DNA of 64,000 nt from Leucoraja ocellata (Eukaryota): NCBI GenBank assembly GCA_036785375.1, contig JAWMAR010000098.1:4092001-4156000 (forward strand), written 5' to 3'. The first letter of the stretch is position 1. Each line of letters starts with the position of its first letter. Positions 12,108 to 24,047 of this stretch are shown piece by piece. The notes beneath the pieces are model-generated. The model was not told where the DNA came from. It saw nothing but the letters and a program-made list of their open reading frames with translations, and did no database searches. The position numbers were made by a program, and so were the translations under genes.

Positions 12108-15100
12108 GCTTCATTTCTATATTTTGATTATCTCACTAAATGTATTTTATTTTTCTCCACTGCAGCCATTGGGTTGGAAATCTCCTTACCTTTAGCTTGT
12201 AAGAGGCCAGAAGTTCTGTTGCTGCATCTGATCTTTCACTCAGCCGATGGTTTCAGCACACAGTAAAGGCTTGTCCTGACCCAAAATGGCTGCCCCTTCA
12301 GAAGTCCACAGCTCATGGTTGATGTAGCAAGTGCAGCCGGAAGGGTGTGGCATTTCTAAAAAGATCAGTGGAAGTTAAGTTTGTGTTTCCTTTTTCTTAT
12401 AATTTAAATTTATGTTCATGTTTGATTATTTTATCGTTTATTTTTTTTAATTAATGTTAAGAATAAGAGTCATCTCTAAATGTTTCTGACCATCAGAGAT
12501 AGTTGAACTGGATTTTAACAGCACAGGTTGAGCCGACAGAACCAACCACCTGAGACCAAGTTGCCACTCTGCCTCTTGGGATGACTGCAATGGTGACTCC
12601 TCAAGAATGTGGTGAGACAAATGACTGCAAAAGGTAAGTGCAAGTTAGACACCATTACAGTGGCATCCCAAGTATGAATGGATCAAGCTTAAATGCTTTC
12701 GTCAAACTGATGGTCCTAAAAACTTATAATCATTTCTGGCTAACTTTATTCATAAAATCCAGAAGGAACTCATTCCCGATATTACATATTGCACAGCAAC
12801 TTGGTCTGGGCATAAATCTCAATTTAATTCAGTTGATTTTAGCTTCCATATGTATAACCATTTATGGTGTTTGCCTTTTAAAAACCAGCCACCTGCCACC
12901 AAATGAGAATCAGATCAAAAAGAACTCCAAAAATATGAAAAATTATAATTCATTCCTCACACATACAGTACAAAGAAATGAGAGAACAAAATGGGTTCCT
13001 CTGGTGTTCCCGCCAAAACCATCCCCCATCAGTATTTTGATCAAAGCAGAAAATTTAGCACCATCTTCTGAGTAGGTCTGATCCAATTTAACAGCAGGTC
13101 ACAGTTAGAGGCCTCAAGCCACTAATGTAACCCAGATTTAGCTGTGCGTTTGGTTCATGAGGCTTTATAAAAAAAAAATCTGCAATGTGCCTGGTTAAAG
13201 CACTTTTCAAACAGGAGTAATCTTCTATTTTGTTAAATGCACATCTAGGTTATGTTCTAAAAACAAAAACTTCAATTACTTCCAAATTAGGTTTGATGTT
13301 TTCTTATTAATAACAAAGCTTGAAAGTTGTTATAATTTACATTAAAATTCTGCAGACTAACTTTAAGAATTTAATTAGATTGCTTTGATAAATTATTTAA
13401 TTTCCTTTTTCCCCTTCTATCAATGTTTATAGTATGTATTCCATGCCATAGCATTATTGCTATAATTACAGAATTATTTATAAATACAACTTGTCTATAT
13501 TTAACATCAAATAAAGGAGAATATATAAATTAAATAGCAAACAATGGTTTAATAATCCTGCAGAATTAACTTCAGTAGACATAACAACTAGAAAAATGTA
13601 CATGAATTAAATAGAATATAAATCTATTCTTTGATCGAAATAAAAACAATATTCTCCCACAATCTGTATGTATTCATACTGTTCCGTAAAGATACCCTTC
13701 AATTTTTGGAATCATTTAGGTCGATGTCAAAGATTAGAGTTATGTTTAGAACCAGTTCTGTGCAGAGACCTAAAATTGGCAACCATTTTAATGATAAAAT
13801 TTAAAACTGAAGAGACATTGAATAACGATACAGTAAAAACACCGAACAAAATCCTATGGTTTCACACATAATTTGAAACATATGAATGCGTGTCTGCATT
13901 CATTAAAAATATTTCAATTTTCTAATCAATATGCTTTATTTTAATTACACTAGTAAATTCATCTTTAGTATGCTTCACAACAGCCCTCATTTAAAATAGT
14001 GAATTAATGTCAGCAGTTAGGGCATTTGAAACTTTTAAGTTATCCCTTGTGATTTAAAACAAAGACTGTTTCTGTACTAGACACTCACAAAACTGGAGAA
14101 AAAAAATCAGAAAGATTTGAAACAGAAGTTTGGGCTATTTCAACCATGCACCACATGTTACTTTGTACAAGTCAAGTCACTTGGTGAATGTCAAAGTACT
14201 GTCTCAATAAATGTACTGCTTAAACTACAACCTGATGTACATTTATTTATAGATAATAAAATCCCGAACAAAAGATACCCCAAATACAATTAAACTGTGG
14301 TCTATTTTACAGCGTCGGGAGTAGTTTTAAATATCAATTGATGTCTGGAATACTTTTCTTTCAAGTTTCGGCTTCATACCCTATGTCATATTTTTAACAA
14401 TGACCATATATATTTTATATATATATACATCACAAAACTATTACTGTGTTTATAAATTTCTGTCACCTGCTTCCTCTCTCAATAGCACTGTGATGTACAT
14501 TTTCAGCACAATATTCCAAATCAATTAAGGAAAATTAACTTCCACGTTCTTCTTTCCGTAACTTGGTACATAGCAAACTTTTTCTCGAAGCGGACCTAAT
14601 GCAAAAAACAACTGGCAGTGGTGCAGGGAGAGAGCCCAGCATGACTAGATGTGGGGTGTCCCATTCGTACTGCAACTCTTCCCCACAGCAGTGGGGAAGT
14701 TAAAGTTTTCTGTGGACCAGACATTCCAGAAACAATAACCTCACAATCATGTTAGGTAACAAATGCCTGTAATTTGTATACATATGCAACATTGGATCTG
14801 TTGCATTTTTTCTTTTAGACAGAACCAATATACACAGCCAGCTGCAGAGGAGATACATACTCCATCATGCCGCTCAATTAATGGACTTTGGTCAAAGTTC
14901 AGACATTTTAGAAAACAAGTGAAAGAATAAAAAACACTCCCAAAAACGCATGCCACAATAGCAATGCTGTGTTCGGGAGGAAAATGTTATTTATATTGAA
15001 ATCAAACATTAAATGTGACAAAAAATTATTTTTAATTTCAACTCTTTTTTCTCTTTGGGACAGAGATTTTAAATGCTTTATGGTAACTGATGTGTAATAA

Positions 15101-17465
15101 AAAGTAGTTCTTATGTTTTCTCATCCTCCTGGAAGAACTGAACACAACATGGCACAAAAACCTTCGCTTTCGATGGATAAATAAATAAAGTCCCTAAAAT
15201 CTACGAGTGGCCAGCCAATTGTAGCATAAGTAATTTATAGGGGCAAGAGATGCCAGATAAATTTGATTACAATAAAAGATGGGGGATATATTTTTCCCTC
15301 AGAGAATTGACAGAAATGCACACAAAACAAAAGGCTAGGCAGAGTGAATGATTTCACTTTGTCTTCAATTCCAGACAAAATTCACAAGTAATTTTGACTG
15401 AGCATTTTATCACAATTTGACAGCTTTTCCACATGCCCCAATCATTAATTTTAGAAAGAAGCCTGGCCTGAAATGATAATTTTTTTTTGAACCAGTAGAA
15501 AATTTGTGAATCCATTCCAAAGTCGTGCCTACCGCTGCGATTGTGATTTGCTAAAAACAGCTAACGGCATACTCCGAAACCCAGCAGGACCACTTGCTAG
15601 CAGCCCTTGATTAGCAGCTTAACAGAGCCAGGAGCTGAGGAAAATACATTCCACTCTCACCTGCTGCCTTGATTCCACCCCCTTACTGAAGACAGTGGTC
15701 AGAAAACTCTGTTAGTGACCAAGAAAATGATATAAACATATTGCTTTCAAATGTTGCAGATTTAACCCTACATTAAGGTTAATTCTGTGTGGGCCATTGC
15801 TGCATTACAGAATGAACTAATAAAAAGTACAGCTTTCCTGAACCAAGATTGGAGCGCTTTCTTTCCCCATTTAATATAAAATAGTAAACAGAATGAATTA
15901 AAAATGGCAATTATTCTGTGCAACAGAAAGTGAGGCAATACAATTCTGTCCCAGAAAAAATAAAACGATTTAAACTAAAACATAGAATGAATTAACCACA
16001 ATTTTTTAATCTATGGAACGGGAATTCTAGTTTTAGTTTCTTTTTCCTATTATTTTAATTTTGTATGCTGTTGCTATAATTACACTAGATTATTTTTAAT
16101 AATGGTTTATACATCTGGCCAAAGAAAATAAGAAAAATGGATATGAATGAGAAATCCATCAATAAGCTATTATTTCAAATGAAAATATGAAGAAAATCAA
16201 AAATTGTCTGGTTTATTGCAGGGTCATAGCAATTTTCACTTTAAAGCCAGATATTGTAGTCTTTTTTTAAAAAAAATTGTAAATGCAGATGAATGATTAA
16301 AAGTGGTTAATTCACAGAACATGTAAGGTTTCATAGACATTTTTCTTTTATACTTTTAAACATTCCAATCAAGCTTCTTTATCAAATGAAATATTTATTC
16401 TGTGGCATGTTTTATTCTATGACCTGCCACAGAAAATATGCCGTTTGTATAATGCAACCCAGCCCTCTGTCTCTTGATTGTTCTCAACGTAGTGCAACCG
16501 TAATTGTGTCAAAGAAAAACAGTAAACCACTTAGATTCCTCGCAACAAAATAACTCAGCAGAGATCCACTACATATTTACAAGCGCACATAAAATTAGTC
16601 AAACTTTATAATGAAATCACCACGAGAAAAGTATTATTTCATTGTTTCAGACATTGTCCTTTTTCGAGATATGATGAATACTTATTGGATCTGCTATTTA
16701 TTAATGGGTACATCTGTCTAAGGGAGCACCTGTCTAATGACAACCAATCTGTTTCCTCTGCATTGCTTAGCACATTCTCAACCAGTTAACAAGGAAACAT
16801 TTCTCATGCCACAGGGTATTTTCCATGCAAAATATTCCAATGTGCTAACTTTATGAAGTGCAGACCAGTTCAGCTAGTTTGCTGTAGGGATAAGACACGT
16901 ATCTAGTTTGTTACATGTTTCATTTCTCTCACACATTCTTTATCAACTCATTCTATCCTTGCCACAATGACGTCTTGTAATCCCATTGTTCTACACCATT
17001 CAATAGGCATTTTATGTTTTGGTAAGTACTGTTTCATGTGTTATGTAATCCGTGATACACTGCCAGATTAGATACAATCTTCTGAGAATTAAATTATTAG
17101 CAATGAAAATATTCAAATGTATTGCACAAGCCATGGTATCTTTGTGCTAATTAACTGTAAGGAACACACTGATGAATCATATATATATATATATACCTTT
17201 GTCTCATGAGATATGGGTTGGAAAACATTGAATAACTTAAGGATTAATTCTGTGTAATATTAAATTATGAAAATGTTGCTGAATATTACTAATACGTGGA
17301 AAAGTTTACCAATTATTTTGTCATTAATAAATAATTTATTGGAAAACTTTACATCTTAGCCAAGAATAATTGTTCATCTTTCAAAAATAAATTTACATTC
17401 ATATTTGTAGCCACATATTGTTTATAACTCACATCTGTCAATTGCCTCTGTCATATCAATTAACA

Positions 17466-17815
17466 CAGGTAACACAGTTAGTGCTGCTGCCTCACAGTTC
17501 AGGGTTCTGGGTTCACCCCTTACCTCTGCTGTGCATGTATTTTGTGTAATCTCTCCATGGCCACTTTGGCTTCTTCGAGTACTCCAGTTTCCTCCCACAT
17601 TCTAATAGATTTGCTGGTGGATTACTGTAAAATACCCTTCAATGAAGATTAACAGCAACACAAAAATAATGGTGAGTTGACCACTAAATGTCAGAAATAA
17701 TAAGTTACAGAGTGAATAGGAGACAGGAAAAGGAAGAATGGGACTGATGACATAGCCATACCAAGAGCTGGTATGAGGCTGATGGGCTGAACGGTCAGCT
17801 TCTGCATAGGATAAA
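17466..17815 (+). mobile_element. Old tRNA-derived SINE (V-SINE-like)
   Basis: ggtaacacagttagtgctgctgcctcacag...gggttc head; tccagtttcctcccacattc core; gatgggctgaacgg tail. Confidence 0.7.
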
Positions 17816-17829
17816 AACAGCAGGCAGAT

Positions 17830-18401
17830 CAATAGTCTGGTTGCATCACAGCTTGGTTTGGGAACGGCTCTGCCCTCAAGACTGCAAGAAATTATAGAGA
17901 GCTGTACACGTAGCCCAGTCCATCACACAGACCAGACTTCGTACCATTGATTTCATCTACACTTCACACTGCCTCAGAGAGGCAGGGAACATAATTAAAG
18001 ACGTGTCCCATCCCGGTCATTCCTCTTCTCTGTGCTGCCATTCCTCAGAAGGTACAGCAGCTTGAAAGAGTGCACCTTGAAAGAAGCTAAGGAACAGCTT
18101 CCCCTCTGTGATCAGGCTTCAGAACAGTCCTTGCATTAGCTAAGGTACTGTTCAAGTTACCTCTACACCATTGTGGACATTGGACTGTGTCTATGGAACT
18201 GATGGGCAACAATGTGCTACAATACTGAGAACTACTGTATCCACAGCACTCTGTATCTTCCCCTTTGTTCTGTCTATTGTGCTTGAGTGTGACTTGATTG
18301 TATTTATGTATGGTACTTCTGATCTGTTTGGATAGCATGCAAAACAAAGCTTTTCACGGTACCTCAATACACTTGACAATAATAAACTTAAACCTAAACT
18401 A
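17830..18401 (+). mobile_element. Rex1/Babar LINE 3' fragment
   Basis: gcatcacagcttggtttgggaac (CITAWFGN-like), catctacacttcacactgcctc; ends aataataaacttaaacctaaact. Confidence 0.8.
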
Positions 18402-18579
18402 GTCCGATGCATTACACATTTATCAGTATGTGTGTAAGGATCTATGTGTGGAGAGTACTGTTCAAATACTCTATAAACAATGCTTTTTCCTACTGTTATT
18501 GCTTTCATGTCTCATATATTCATTGTCCATCAGCGCACCAAGACTATGGACTAATTTTGTACAATTCAGTTCAAGATAA

Positions 18580-18616
18580 ATATTTGGTGTCCATTATAAC
18601 AATGGACACCAAATAT
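18580..18616. repeat. Perfect inverted repeat, 16-bp stem with 5-nt loop
   Basis: atatttggtgtccatt-ataac-aatggacaccaaatat. Confidence 0.95.
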
Positions 18617-20263
18617 GAAATGTGATGACCAGCCATACAAATTTGATACATGCTAGTCATTATATTTCTTTTAAATTGTGGAGTGCAATTACAATTTTAT
18701 TGTTGTTAAATGGTATCTTGGCAGTGAATGAAATTCAACATGTTAAGGTTAAAGTTTTAATAGGCTATTTTATCACTGTCATCACCATCTCCCTTTATTG
18801 GATTATTATAGAATCAGTCGTTTGAACATCCCCACAAAGGGACATCAAACTTCTAATAACTGCATATTTGAAAGAACTTCATTTAAAACATATAACAATC
18901 TTCTATTTTTCACTCCTATTTCATGTGCCAGGAACTCAAAGGCTATTGTATAATGACCTCTCGTTCAAAACATATTTCACAACAAAGTTACAGATTACAG
19001 AGAAACTTACTCCCTTTCTTGTGTTTGCCATATTCGCACAAGCACAACCAGGCGGCTAGATTTCCGCGCACATGGTATTTATTTTCTAAATTTTAATGAA
19101 AAGCATTCAAAAAACAGATAGGACTAACGTACAAAGAGATGAAATTTAATATATCCACGCACCCAGAGAGCCTTGCAAGGCGTGCATTCTGTAGACTCGT
19201 GAAAACGTACAGTTTGCCAAAATTTATTTGTACACCTTTTCAGAACCGCAGTGTAATATAAAAAGTGATGCAATGCAGTAGCTACGCTTTCATGACTTTC
19301 TTTATTTCTACCCATGGCTTTATGACAGATGTACAATTTAACTCCTACATCAATCGTTGCAGTCGCTCCAAAGCACCTGAATACAACCATGTCAGCATAG
19401 TTTCTGGCTAAGCAGCGAGTACACTGTTTCCGACCGTATAAACTAGCATCTTATTATCGTACATCGCTTTTCCATTCTTCATCCTACAATTTATGCCGCA
19501 GTCGCTATGAATGTAGTAACCAGGAGGATTATGTGCCAATTAGACATTGTGCATATTTCTAGTACTAAGTGCTCTCCTATGAATCAAACAGTGTGCTGTT
19601 TCCAATGAAAGGGCTGCTATAAAGCACACAATATGTTGTAACATAGCAAGTGGATGTCCTGTGGTTGTGTTCTTTCATTTCAATGGGTGGGGTGTACAGC
19701 TGGAGGAAGATGGGGCTTAGATCAGTGGAAAAGAATGATGCCGCTTTAGGGTATTGTTACAGGGTGGAGCACGAAAAGAATGAAATAAAAGAGGATTGGT
19801 TCCACTTGAATTTGGGAAGATTGAAATCAGTAAATCGGAAGTAGAAACAGTAAAAAAAAGTACAGTAAAACAGTCAAGAATTAACTGTAACAAAATAAAA
19901 TATGAATATTACAATTGGGCATTCCAATAATCTTCATTGTTTAAATAAAACTGAAGAATTCTCTTCTATTATTAGTGATTGGTGTGTGGTACAATATCAC
20001 CCTTAAATCTGACAATGATAGATTTTGTTTCGAATCCCCAAATTATTAAAGGCACTTAGCCAAGATGGGATTGGATCACACATCAGACATTATAGGCAGT
20101 ATTACAGCTGTTCCTAAATTCGAACAAACCTTTCAATGCATGTCATTTCAGTAATATTAAAAGTAAGAAAAATATATATCCAATCAAGGAATTTGAAGCT
20201 CTCAGATGAGGAGAATATTTCTAAATGTTTTCAAAGTTTATTATAGTTTTCAATATTTATTGT

Positions 20264-21125
20264 AGGGGGCGCTGTCCTGTGCACGGCTGCCCAGCTGCCC
20301 AGCCAGCAGCTGTCTGTCTTTTCATCTTTTTATTTTTTATTCTAGTTAGTTAAGTGTTTTGTTTGCAGGTCTAGACTTTTTTATGTGGGTGGGGGGAAGG
20401 GGGAAACTACCTTTCAGGGTGCCTACCTGGTCGGAGAGGCAGCTTTTCTCTGGGCTGCAGCTTCGACCCGTCCTCGCGGCCTACCAGCGGGCCTGGAGCG
20501 GCGTTTCCTGTCGGGGACCGCCCAGAACCTCGGCTTCGGCGGCGGCGCAGCGCTGGAGCGCTATCGCGGAGCGGGCGATGCCTTGCCCGGGTCGCCGCGC
20601 TGGAGCTCCAGTGAGCTGAAGATCGCTGAGGAAAACATCGCGGAGCTGCGGGACTGTGGAGCGACCAGCTGCGGGCGACGGCGCTGACTTTACACCCGGA
20701 GCCTGGGATCTCTAGATGAGATCGCCAGTTGTGGAGCTCCAACCGACGCGGCCTTGTTGGCTTTGGAAGCCGCGGCCTCCAGTACGGAAGCGGCCATTCC
20801 AGGGTTCCCAAGCCGCTGAGAGGACTCTCCCGATGCCGGAGCAACATCACCCGGCGAGAACGGCCTGGAACATCGGGCCTCCGTAGAGGCAACTGTGGAG
20901 GCCTCAATGGGCCCGACTATGGGTGAACTGGGGTTGGGGACTGGACTTTGTGCCTTCCCTCATAATGGGAACCATTGTGGGGGGATGTTCTTTATGTTTA
21001 AAACTCTTATTAATGTTATGTCTGTATTCCTTCTTTATGTGCTGCAAAATGGCAAGAAGCATTTCACTTCACTACACCTAGGTGTATGTGAATGTGACCA
21101 ATAAAATACCTTTGATACCTTTGAT
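20264..21125 (+). mobile_element. GC/CpG-rich non-autonomous retroelement with LINE-type tail
   Basis: Abrupt GC-rich insert in AT-rich DNA; begins gggggcgctgtc; ends gcatttcac...gtgaccaataaaatacctttgatacctttgat (tandem tail). Confidence 0.7.
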
Positions 21126-21529
21126 AAAATATTTTTTTTTAATGTTGCAAGTGCTATGTACTGGGGAAGAAGTAACCAAATGCATGAATAAGTGGACAGC
21201 ACAGATACAATGGGCCGAATGGGCTCTATTATGTTGTAAATTTCCAGGGATGGACAATTCTAAGTGCAGGAGACTTGATCACTCCAAAAGTGAAGCTACA
21301 TATTTTATTATCAGCTCAACCAGTCCATAAGGGGTTGTGTTTAGACAACCTTATCAAGCTGAAGTACTACCTTTGATACCATGTGTACCTCAAGTCTCTT
21401 TGATCACCCACGCTGCCTGGTCTGCTTCCATTCAGAGCATAATTATAACTGTTATGTTACTTCATTAAATTTTATCACCTTCCATTTACTGATGTTGGAC
21501 ATTATCACCCACATTTTATACGTCCACTA

Positions 21530-21665
21530 CTTGATTCACTAATGATCTTTAAGGAAGGAAATCGCCCCCTTTTCTGCTGTAGCCCAATGTGACTCCAGTC
21601 CTTTAACAATGCAGATTCTTAACTACCTCCAGCAAGGCATTCTGTTCCAAGGCAATTAGAAAAGC
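21530..21665 (+). mobile_element. Old elasmobranch SINE-like repeat
   Basis: gattcactaatgatctttaaggaaggaaatcgcc...atgtgactccag. Confidence 0.5.
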
Positions 21666-22149
21666 CCCATAAGTTACATATACTCCCTTTGTATTAGTTG
21701 TTTAATGGCAGAGGCATTTACAATGATTGCCGACCAGCAAAGCTGCGTCACGTATTTGGATGTCAGAGTGTAAAGAAGCAGTTTAGAGATGGGGTTTCAT
21801 CAGATTCCTATTGGAAGTCCTGTTTCCTAACGTATCTCATCAGTGGCAAGCATGTTGGACCCTTTTTACATCTGGAGCAGGTGCATCTGAGCATGGGACA
21901 AATCCAGATGTCGAATACATACAGCAGCCCAGTGCAGGATACAATTTCCTTCACCAATTCCCAACATGGCTATTTTCAAGGGTTTGAAGGAAAGAAAATA
22001 TACATTTGCAAGTTTCCTAATATTGTTAAAATCAGTATATTTTAAATAATTCTAGCTCAATCACTCAGTTTCTGAACTATTTTTACACACTTTCCTATCT
22101 TTTAATGATTCTTCAGTCTGAATTACCCATGTAGGGTAATTGACCTTTG

Positions 22150-22622
22150 AGGGCGGCGTGACCAGCGTTGCAGCGGCCTCTGCAGTCCGTCTGTCTTTTT
22201 TATTTTTTTTGTCCCGTTGAGTGTATAGTTTTTTGTCTTTTTTAAAATTGTTTTTAGCTGTCTATGTGTGGGGGGCGGGGGGGAGGGGGACTTTTAAATC
22301 TCTTCCCTGTACGAGGGACCGGACCTTTTCCCTGTCAGGTCTCCGTTGTCGTTGGGGCCTAGCACCGTGGAGCGGCCTCCAACCGGAACGACCTGGGGGT
22401 TCCAGTCGCAGAGCTTGCGGACCTACCATCGTGGAGCTGGCCGAGTTCGGAACGGGAGGAGCGTGGTGGCGCACGGCTGTGAACTGACCCCGGAGCTTCG
22501 GAGGCTTCAGCCACAGGTCCGGTGGACGGTGATATCGAGAGTTTGCGGGTCCCTGGTAGGAGACCGCTTTTTGGAGCTCCCACAACGGCAACTTCTCCCG
22601 CCCGAATTGCGGGGTTGAAAAT
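22150..22622 (+). mobile_element. GC-rich non-autonomous element related to 20264-21125, 3'-truncated
   Basis: Same head layout: gggcggcg...gtctgtctttttta, T-rich tract, tatgtgtggggggg. Confidence 0.6.
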
Positions 22623-22627
22623 GACCT

Positions 22628-22693
22628 GGAAACCCTTCTTCAGGCCCGAAACTTTGCCTATTTCCTTCGCTCCATAGATGCTGCCTCACCCGA
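22628..22693. mobile_element. Small fold-back Penelope terminal repeat
   Basis: acccttcttcag (antisense core) joined to cccgaaac...ccttcgctccatagatgctgcctcacccg. Confidence 0.7.
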
Positions 22694-22699
22694 GGAGGT

Positions 22700-22807
22700 A
22701 AGGTATTTTTAAAGTTGTAATTTTAGTAACACAGCAGGCAATTTCTGCAGGGCAAGCCTTCACAAGCAGCATAGATGCAATGACCAAACAAGGCATTTTA
22801 GTTATGT
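22700..22807 (-). mobile_element. SacSINE1/DeuSINE-like fragment
   Basis: gcaggcaatttctgcagggcaagccttcacaagcagca...aatgacca...ttttagttatgttgg resembles the antisense SacSINE1 3' region (recalled consensus). Confidence 0.5.
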
Positions 22808-23033
22808 TGGAATGAACTGCAGATGCTGGTTTACACGGAAGATAGACTCAAAAAGCTGGAGGAAAAATCAGCGGGTCAGACAGAATCTCTGGAGAAAAGG
22901 AATAAGTGACGTTTCAGGTCAAGACCCTCCTTCAGACCTTTAATGAAGGGTCTCGGCCCAAGACATCACCGATTCCTTTTCTCCAGAGATGCTGACTGAC
23001 CCGCTGAATTACTCCAGCTTTTCGTGTCTATCT
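22808..23033. mobile_element. Inverted head-to-head pair of Penelope terminal repeats
   Basis: Antisense copy to about 22937 (gtgacgtttcaggtcaagaccctccttcagac), then a sense copy from atgaagggtctcggccc. Confidence 0.85.
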
Positions 23034-23049
23034 AATGCATTTTATTTCA

Positions 23050-23620
23050 GCAGTCACATACAACAGATAATCCTCCGACATCTTCGCCACCTCCAACGGG
23101 ATCCCATCACTGGCCACATCTTCCCATCTCCTCCCCTTTCGGCTTTCCGCAGAGACCGCTCCCTGCGTAACTCCCTGTCAATTCGTCCCTTCCCACCAAA
23201 ACCACTCCCTGGTACTTTCCCTTGCAACCGCAGGAAATGTTACACCTGTCTCTTTACCTCCCCCCTTGACTCCATCCAAAGACCCAAGCAGTCTTTCCAA
23301 GTGAGGCAGAGGTTCACCTGTACTTCCTCCAATCTCATCTATTGCATCCTCTGTATTAAGTGTCAACTGCTCAACATCAGTGAGACCAAGCGCAGGCTTG
23401 GCGATCGCTTCACTGAACACCTCCGCTCAGTTCGCATTTACTAACCTGATCTCCCGGTGGCTCAGCACTTCAACTCCCTCTCCCATTCCAAATCCAACCT
23501 TTCTGGCTCTGGCCTCCTCCATGGCTAGACTGAGTCCCACCGCAAATTGGAGGAACAGCATCTAATTTTTCGCATGGATAGTTTACACCCCAGCGGTATA
23601 AACATTGACTTCTCCAATTT
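23050..23620 (+). pseudogene. Disrupted Penelope-like ORF C-terminus (RT-EN linker and GIY-YIG endonuclease)
   Basis: LIY-x-C-xx-C-xxx-(Y)IGET-type motif degraded to NISET; reading frame broken near 23444. Confidence 0.85.
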
Positions 23621-23740
23621 CAGGTAGTCCTTGCTTTCTCCCTCCTTCCCCGCCCCTTCCCAGCTCTCCCACAGCCTACTGTCTCCGCCTCTTCCTTTCT
23701 TCTTCCCGCCCCACCTCCCCATCCCCCCCACCCCTACATC

Positions 23741-23774
23741 AGTCTGAAGAAGGATCTCGACCCGAAACGTCACC
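23741..23774 (+). ncRNA. Minimal type I hammerhead ribozyme motif (predicted GUC cleavage after 23771)
   Basis: agt-CTGAAGA-a-ggat-ctcg-accc-GAAAC-GTC-acc; one mismatch in stem II. Confidence 0.75.
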
Positions 23775-23949
23775 TATTCCTTCGCTCCATAGATGCTGCC
23801 TCACCCGCTGAGTTTCTCCAGCATTTTTGTCTACCTTCGATTTTTCCAGCATCCACAGTTCTTTCTTAAACATTTGAATTGTTTTGTAAGAGAAATAAAC
23901 ATTTGCATGGATACTTGAGATAATTCCATCACTTTCCTCAAGAGCCAAA

Positions 23950-24047
23950 AGAGAAAAAAAAAATGCTGGAGGAACTTAGCGGGCCAGGCAGCATCTGCGG
24001 ATGGAAATGACAATTGACGTTTTGGGTTGAGACCCTTCCTCTGGACG
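23950..24047 (-). mobile_element. Penelope terminal repeat copy
   Basis: aaatgctggaggaacttagcgggccaggcagcatctg...tgacgttttgggttgagacccttc. Confidence 0.8.

Larger units (their letters stand above)
23050..23871 (+). mobile_element. Neptune-type Penelope-like element, 5'-truncated, encoding Cys linker and GIY-YIG endonuclease
   Basis: Translation AFRRDRSLRNSL...GTFPCNRRKCYTC...FTCTSSNLIYCILCIKCQLLNISETKRRLGDRFTEHL, followed by VAQHFNS and a terminal repeat with hammerhead. Confidence 0.92.

Noticed and set aside
12638-13075. 145-aa ORF
   Set aside because: Non-ATG start, no recognisable motif, AT-driven composition.
20359-20926. Overlapping 86-166 aa ORFs on both strands
   Set aside because: By-product of a GC-rich repeat with few stop codons; no domain or splice structure.
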